Assembly: GCA_003990765.1 (NCBI GenBank)
Contig: RBNJ01000164.1
Span: forward strand, 1-38,286
Direction: 5' to 3'
Source: Jimgerdemannia flammicorona
Lineage: Eukaryota
DNA: 38,286 bases
Shown here: one piece after another, positions 31,037-38,286 of the stretch
Layout: every line of letters begins with the position of its first letter
Numbering within the stretch: the stretch's first letter is position 1
Position numbers and translations under genes: made by a program
Notes under the pieces: model-generated
What the model saw: only the letters and a program-made list of their open reading frames with translations
Database searches by the model: none
Told to the model about the DNA's origin: nothing

Positions 31037-31902
31037 CTAATACGTCGCTCTCAGTCTGACTCGTCGATCGGGTATTGTGTTCCAAATCAATACTCTTTTC
31101 AATAGGTTTGGTTCTTTAATTTCTGCCAGTTTTTTAATAGAAATCTCAATGCACCGTTTTTCGTCGATAGGAGTTTCTGTTAATGGATAATATGTTAGTA
31201 TACACTCTTTGTATCTGTATGCAATATAAAACACCAACCTGTTTTCTTTCGAGCACCACTGGCTTTTGCTATGGGTCGTTTAACTATAATAATATATGTA
31301 TTAATTAGTAATAATTTTTGGCTGATACGCTACTACGTTGAACATATAGAATTACCCGGAAGTATAACCTTTATCGGATTGAATTCGTTAATGTTATAAA
31401 CGTGGACTAGTGTATGGAAATTGCCACATTCTCGTAACAAATCCTCGTTCAATAAAATATCTTCATCGGTGATTCGTAGAACGAGTTTGCTGGCATTGCA
31501 TGCATCAGGCGATGCGGATTTGATTTCGCTGCAGAGATCTTTGATGAAAATTCCATCAAACCGGTTCAACCGGGATAACGAACCACCCACTTGGCACCAA
31601 ACGTCAACTAGTAGCTCGATAACAATGTGTAGATTGTTTTTGTTGTATCCGTCGCGCACGACTTTATTGTGGTGTTTCAGACATTTTCCCTGTGTTTTAA
31701 AGTCGGAATCGAGAGTATCAAATGGAATGTTTACCCACCAAAGCGGAATCTCGTTTACTGGTACGTGATCAAATCGTGGAGTCAGTGTTTGCTTGATCAG
31801 CGCTCTCAGTTTGGAGACTTTGAGGTTTTTTGTAACTTTGATATTAAAGGTTTGGTACGTTGGATGGTCGCCATAAACAATGCAGTTAATACGTCTGGGC
31901 AT
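31037..31902 (-). CDS. Crinkler (CRN)-type N-terminal domain protein with short SERTA-like C-terminus; exons ~31902-31356, 31283-31239, 31176-31037
   Basis: INCIVYGD..TFNIKV...VSKLRALIK...IPLWWVNIP...LHIVIE is a CRN Ubl header. Two phase-1 introns splice in frame to ...EISIKKLAEIKEPNLLKRVLIWNTI. Confidence 0.7.
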
Positions 31903-32164
31903 TTTTCAGAAGGGACGCGTGTGGGGAGTGGGGGGGGGGTATTGCGGAATGACGCGTAACCTATTTATTAAAGCATACGCTTCTGTTCCGTACGCCCATC
32001 ATCATTCACATGATCGTGTGCCCAAGCAATCTGATCGTGTGCCCATCATATTTTTATAATATTCGCGTGATCGTGTGCCTATTATAGTTCGTAACTTATA
32101 GTATTCACGTGATCGTGTGCCCAAGCAATTTAATCGTGTGCCCATATAATACAGTGGAATCGCG

Positions 32165-32198
<34 letters not shown>

Positions 32199-32207
32199 AA
32201 TCCAGCT

Positions 32208-33436
32208 ATGGACGACGACACCCCGAAACAGGGCAGGACCTTTACAACATTCAGAGAGGCCGAAGACTCCATCACTGCGTATTTGAAGCGAGTTGGTGTT
32301 GAATTCGTTCTCATAAATACACTCAAGAACGAACACGGTAGCTACCTCAAAGCGGGTTTTGCGTGCAAGAAGCAAGGCAAATACACCGGGAAGAGGGCGG
32401 ACCATACAACCGGACGGACTGGCTGTCCGTTTATAATCCGGATCAATTATCGAGCACTCGAAAACCACTTTATAATAACACAGTTCAAGCCGAGCCATAA
32501 CCACGGCGACCACATCGTCGAACCAGTCGTCCCCGTCGAACCAGCAATTATTGCCGAACCAGCAATTGTTGCCGAACCAGCAATTGTTGCCAAACCAGCA
32601 ATTATCATCGACGATGCCAAACGGGTAAATAAAACAGTGAAATTCCATGTTTTATGCTAATATCGTGTACTAATATTAATTTCAACCGCTAGTCAATTTC
32701 AGCATCGATCAACAAGGTTTTTGGTCGGCTACCACATGAATACCATTCCGAGATCGTCAAGCTGATCGAGGATGTGTCTAAATATACTTTACAATACGGC
32801 GAAGCACCACCCATTCGCAAACGTCACCACGTTCACTTCGATGTACTCGATACTCCGCCTCCTGTGAAACGATCAAAACGCCTGGCAAACAGATTGGACG
32901 AATACCTCGATGTACGTATTCCACGAGATGCCAACTATATGATATACGATGTTAATCCAGACGGTAACTGTGGCTTTCGGTCTCTTGCGGTAGCGATGTA
33001 CGACAACGAAGAAGAATGGCAACGGATCAAACGGGAAATGAAAGTGGAGTTGGATAAGCACGATGAGTTTTACCGCAACTGGCTTGGCTATGATATTGAC
33101 AAAATCAACAAAATTATAACGTGGAACAAGGCGTCGCACCGTTTACCAGATCACTGGTTTTGTTCGCCCGAATGCGCACAGCTTGCTGCGGATACCTACA
33201 AAGCCCGCGTTGCCGTATTCAGCACAAATGCCAGAGATAGTCTTGTTTTTCTACCATTCGATAATAACATCGAAAAAACGATTGTTTTACAGCACGTTGG
33301 AGGTAACCATTTCATGTTCATCAAGTTTCCATCCAACATTCATTTCGATCTTCCACCTCTGAATCCCCAGCATCAACCTATTTGCAGGAGGCTACTGGAA
33401 AAAATGAAAACGCGATTTACTGTTAATAAAGTTTGA
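32208..33436 (+). CDS. FAR1-type DNA-binding domain + OTU-like cysteine protease; one intron, 32625-32692; Mutator-derived domains without the DDE core
   Basis: GRTFTTFREA...FACKKQG...RTGCPFII...HNH (FAR1/WRKY-GCM1). DGNCGFRSLA...GGNHF (OTU Cys/His). A phase-0 intron joins the frames. EPAIVA repeats lie in the linker. Confidence 0.75.
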
Positions 33437-33462
33437 GACTAGTCTGTCTTTAGAATTTGAAA

Positions 33463-33506
33463 ATTGGCGCTTAAAAATGTCGAGTCTAGCATTTTTAAGC
33501 GTTCAA
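33463..33506. repeat. 44-bp palindrome copy (diverged arms)
   Basis: TTGGCGCTTAAAAATG-TCGAGTCTAG-CATTTTTAAGCGTTC. Confidence 0.85.
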
Positions 33507-33751
33507 ATATAATTGGTTGGCATTTTTGATTAGACTTGACCATTTTGGAATGAAAATTCAACGCATGAAAATCATTTTTATGTATGACTGATTGTCGTAC
33601 CCAAGAATATACGTAATACCATTTACTTATTGTTTTGCCATGCACCCATTTTACTCATAAAAAAAAGTGCCTGGTTTGGTAGATTTATATACGATAATAT
33701 TGTATGATTGAAGAGCAAATGTACAAATACAAACACAGTACAAAAGAAAAA

Positions 33752-36298
33752 TCAAACAAGCACGTCTCGTGCCTTTTCCAAAGCCGTTTTGACAGCAGAA
33801 TAACTCGCGTTCTCAACTGGTATACCCAACGGAAACAATATGCCACGTAATTCACGAGCTAACCCTTTGAGGTTATCAAAATATGGATGGAACGCTGCCA
33901 AGATGTGAGTATCAAAACAGACTTCGTTCATCATCCCTACTTTAGTTGCCGCGATATCCTTGTACGACCCCTTCATCCACGTATCAAAGTTATGCGGAGG
34001 TGTTACATCGCGATCCTTGCCATAGTAACAGCAGATCCACAGAAACACATAATACAATGACTCAATGTCATGCGAATACGTATGTATCGCTCCCTGAAGA
34101 ACTTGAATAGCGATGAATGGCAATGTTCCTGTGCGTGGTGCATTGGCCGCGTTTAGTTGTTGGATGTTGGTGTGGGTGGCGTAATCGAGATCGATGAGCA
34201 TGCCCCGATTGTTGCCATCAATGATAATGTTGTAGATAGAAACGTCGCGATGGATGATCTGGCAGTCTTCGTAGAGTTGGCGAAGTCCGTCAAGCGCATC
34301 GATAAGCACAGTGATCAGCTCGCGCTTGCCTGAAAATTTGGTAATTGGTTTTCCAACCGTCTTCATGACCAAGATAGTTTGGATGCGGTAATCGTCGGAG
34401 TGTAGGTTGTGGCGGATGTCATTTGTCGTTTTCCTATCTTCGTGGTTGTGGTGTCTGACAACTCTCGAGTTTTTGCCAAGTGTCTCAGTTACACGCTTCA
34501 ACATGGAACCTTCACAATCACGCAAATGATGTCGCCACGAAATCTTGACAGCGAATAGCTGCGATGGATTTCTCACCGTATGTGCTTTGTAGACAGTCGT
34601 TCCACGCCCACATACGACCGAATGGTGAAAGAGAATGTTACCAAGTTGAAACGTGTTGCGTCCAATCTTGATAGCACGATTTGGTGATATGGCAGTGTTG
34701 AATCCAACGCGGTTTGTGCACATAGTTGAAAGACCTGCAATGATCCGTATGAATGTCTTTGGGTGCTGGTTGGGATTGATCGAAGTTGAACCAATACCGC
34801 CTGCTCTATCGAACTGCCACACACGCATTGAGTTGCCACACAATATGATCCCGATAACCGATTCGCGTATGTCTTGTGCACCAAAAATCTCACGCACATA
34901 GCTGGCGAGTTGTATGAGCGTCTCGTGAGTATCGGCTTCTACATTTGATTTCAGCTCGAACACGGCATACACCGATTTCCAATGCGCGGGGAATGTGGTT
35001 GGATCGCTGTGTAGAGCCACGACGTCAGGTTTGCGATTCGCCTTCACGCCATCGAGACGTATGCCGCCGTGCGCACAGAATGATAGATTGTTGTTGTTGC
35101 CGTATACAAAACTTGTGATGGAATTCGCAAGATTGGCGAATTCGGCTTCATTGGTGAGATTGGGCCATTCACCGTGGTCATACAGCTTTGCTTTTTTGCA
35201 CTGTTTGAAAATAGCTGTTGAATTGGGCAATTCGGGAAACAGCGTGTTGACGAGGGTGGCGATGCCGGAGTGTAGGTGACCGTCGAGTTCACTTTTTAGG
35301 GCAGGATCCATGCTGTCCCGCGTTTCGCGTTCGCTGATGATGGATACACTGGTAGTCTTGAGTGGCGTCGTTACACGTTGTTGTAAAACGGGTTGTGGTG
35401 AACTTTGCTTCAGCCGTTCTATCTGTCTCCTAAGGTCTTCGATTTGGCGTTGGATATCTAAAAATGGGTTAAAAAAAATTAGAAATCTATATACATATTA
35501 TTCCCAAATCCTCATGTTATAACTATTTTATGTATATTCAACCTTACCATTTTCTGTTGTAGTAGCATCAACGTAGAAATGGCGTAATAGATTAATAGTC
35601 GAGTTCTAATAATATTGCATGCTAATATCTCCAATATTTTTTTTACATACCAGGCAGCGTAACAACGATAGGGTTAAACTCGCCAATTTGATAACGTTGA
35701 ATAATAGCATCAAAGCTACCATATTTGTTGAATTCTACGCCTTCCAACACGGTTTTGACATTTGATTCGGGAGCAGCGACGTGAAGAACCAATTGATCAT
35801 AGGCGCATGCGAAGCTTCTAGATTGTGCATTTTGGATCGCATTGCGGAGATCATCGACGTCGTGCCCATCAAAATCGCGGAGCTTTGTTGGATTATGACC
35901 AGGAAGATCAACGTGATACCAGATGACTGCGCGTGTGAAAAAATTTCGATTGTGTTCATAATCACTGTTCACGATTGTTCACGCGTTATATCACGATAAA
36001 ACATACTTGGCTTGTAAAATTCTACAACGACGGAGATTCGGCCACGCGTGCGAGAGGGTGGTGGAAGTAGACCATTGTCGTGCAACTTGGTCGCGTTGGT
36101 TGGATTGAATGCACTGAGTGTGGGAGTAGAGATATCAACATGATACAGATTGAGTTGGGCATCCTTGTTGAGATTTGGATAGAGGGCGAGATTTGACCGA
36201 ATGTGTTGCTTGAGTCTTTCTACGCCTCCACCAGGTTCCATTTTGACAGTAAACATGACACCGCTACCGGAAGGGAGAACTGCGCATCTATACGTCAT
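33752..36298 (-). CDS. Crinkler-type header fused by splicing to a fungal-specific FunK1 (Pkinase_fungal) kinase
   Basis: CRN header MTYRCAVLP..FTVKM...LKQHI...LNLYHVDI...ISVVVE, phase-1 intron ~36006-35927, second domain ending EFNPIVVTLPG, phase-1 intron to ~35457, then the kinase RKPDVV, ELK, QLASYVREIF, WQFDRAG, GRGT, HRDVSIYNI, LIDLDYA, RTGTLPFIA, HDIES. The kinase ORF (33752-35311) is certain; the fusion is inferred. Confidence 0.78.
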
Positions 36299-37056
36299 TT
36301 CTAGAAAGATGTAAGAACATAATAATAATTATTACTACTCCACACATTAGCGTATACATACTGTTTGACGGTTGACACTATTGCTCACCGAGGTCTCAGC
36401 CACCTTATAAACTCTGTTGTTGTTGACCGAAAATAGGATGAATAAAAATCGCCATTTTTATCCAAATCTAATTTTGGACTTGGTAAATTGCGAAATAATA
36501 CACCCATTGTTGAAATACGAGATTATTGCGCAAAAGCCGGTTCCATTACTAAATCCCATATTAGTGGGTAAATGCTGTGAAATGGCGATCCACGCGAATT
36601 TCGTGGCTGGAATATCAATGATCCGTTTTATGCCGATTAAACACTTTGAGTGACTAAGATCATTGAGAGAAATATAAACTATCAAACACATTCTTTATTT
36701 TTATTGCGCGTTCTTGAATCTTGTTCGGGTTAAGAGATATGAATTATGCTCACCATTCAAGATCAAACGTGTATACCTATCTATAATTTAGTTTTATGAC
36801 CAAACTTGATTTTATTATCTTATTACATGTAATCAAATTCCACAGCGTTTGCTAATACCCAACTTAAAAACATTTTATCAGCTTATCAATTATCCTATCA
36901 CATCTCTCACAGCCATCGCGCTTGCCACTGCCCCTCCCCCCCCCCTTCCCTATACCAGTTCAAATTAATCGGCCCGATCGTGTGCCCATATTATAAATCG
37001 TGTGCCCAATATAATCCGAATCATCAAATTTGGTAATATGCATGCACCAATCGCAA

Positions 37057-37100
37057 TTCGACGCATAAAAATGTCGAATTCGACATTTTTATGCGTCAAT
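37057..37100. repeat. Palindrome variant with a symmetric spacer (perfect 38-bp palindrome, 37060-37097)
   Basis: GACGCATAAAAATGTCGAATTCGACATTTTTATGCGTC. Confidence 0.92.
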
Positions 37101-37682
37101 TTTGAGTACATGGTACAAAAAATCTTCACGCATGTCATTTAACATATTAAAAGGTTGAATAATCAGACTTTAATTTGTAAGATCAACGACATATTCATTA
37201 AAGGTTATATAAAAACTTTGGAAAGTAACAAGGTACTGAGAAGTGGGCACGAGTCTTCAGAATCAAATGATTTAAAGGTCTTGGAATAGGTGGTGCTAAG
37301 CGTCATAGTTAACGTTCCGGAGAAAACTCTTAAGGACATCTAAGAGCTTTCTCCCGAACGTTATCTGTGATGCTATACCAAGCATGCTAAATTTATACAC
37401 CCATTCAACTCGATAATTATACATGATACTTTATAAAATTGCGTAATATAATATTGCTTGAAAATAATGATTTACAAAGCACTATTCAGAAATTGCTAAC
37501 AATATTATAAAATAGATACAAGACACAAGTTCTAAATGTAGAAAGTTATTTCACCCTCTATGTAGTTACAGATATGGTATTTGACGAGCTTTTTGTTATT
37601 ATCATCCATTTTTAAACTGAACAATTTCGTTACCAAATCTATTATGCTACTCAAAATATTGGAAATGTAAAAACTAAATAAT

Positions 37683-37726
37683 TTTAACGCATAAAAATGC
37701 TAGACTCGACATTTTTATGCGTTAAA
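37683..37726. repeat. 44-bp palindrome, co-variant TTTAACG...CGTTAAA
   Basis: Full copy immediately before the tandem array. Confidence 0.92.
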
Positions 37727-37750
37727 TCTTAATTGCATATTACGTAATAC

Positions 37751-38286
37751 AGCGCCAAATTTTGCACAGTTCAGCGACAATTGACAAACTTTCAATTCAA
37801 TAAACAAAATAATTCTGGTTGAGACCGCAACTGTATTACGCAATCAGGATTTGGCGCTTAAAAATGTCGAGTCTAGCATTTTTAAGCGCCGAATTTTGCA
37901 CAGTTCAGCGACAATTGACAAACTTTCAATTCAATAAACAAAATAATTCTGGTTGAGATCGCAACTGTATTACGCAATCAGGATTTGGCGCTTAAAAATG
38001 TCGAGTCTAGCATTTTTAAGCGCCAAATTTTGCACAGTTCAGCGACAATTGACAAACTTTCAATTCAATAAACAAAATAATTCTGGTTGAGACCGCAACT
38101 GTATTACGCAATCAGGATTTGGCGCTTAAAAATGTCGAGTCTAGCATTTTTAAGCGCCGAATTTTGCACAGTTCAGCGACAATTGACAAACTTTCAATTC
38201 AATAAACAAAATAATTCTGGTTGAGACCGCAACTGTATTACGCAATCAGGATTTGGCGCTTAAAAATGTCGAGTCTAGCATTTTTA
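37751..38286. repeat. 134-bp tandem array (4 units, runs off the window end), one palindrome per unit
   Basis: Palindromes start at 37850, 37984, 38118 and 38252. Units differ at only 1-2 positions. The variant is TTTGGCGCTTAAAAATG...CATTTTTAAGCGCC. Confidence 0.97.

Noticed and set aside
32166..32196. 31-nt poly(T) as a retroposon tail; G/C homopolymers at ~5671, 13148, 20681 and 31929
   Set aside because: No target-site duplication or adjacent retro-element body. Homopolymer lengths are error-prone and uninformative alone.
36417..37620. Possible degenerate LRR-like gene remnants on the minus strand
   Set aside because: Only short broken frames with no motif I can support.

Overview
AT-rich, gene-dense eukaryote-associated DNA. 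It looks like a giant-virus-like element (NCLDV or endogenous viral) from an early-diverging fungus. This is inferred: no capsid, PolB or packaging ATPase gene lies in the window. Mostly intronless genes encode a YqaJ/lambda-type exonuclease, a ribonucleotide reductase small subunit, a Mus81-like ERCC4 nuclease, F-box, ankyrin, BTB and TRAF-finger proteins, an NB-ARC-TPR protein and a Dabb protein. Several spliced genes of fungal type are also present: an Eme1-like gene, two Crinkler-type genes, FAR1-OTU and a Clr2-N-like gene. The main discovery is a self-contained telomerase cassette. A complete ~21-exon TERT gene (29167-24782, minus strand, hidden from the ORF track by its introns) sits head-to-head, ~130 bp away, with a ~400-nt structured non-coding RNA (~29299-29695, plus strand). 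That RNA carries a TTAGGG template (TAACCCTAACC), a template-boundary helix, a vertebrate-like pseudoknot and a CR4/5-like three-way junction. The window is also peppered with ~25 copies of a 44-bp imperfect palindrome whose arms co-vary and whose asymmetric spacer flips orientation. It ends in a 134-bp tandem array built on that palindrome. A second dispersed motif, a TGGGCACAC dyad, behaves like a promoter element.
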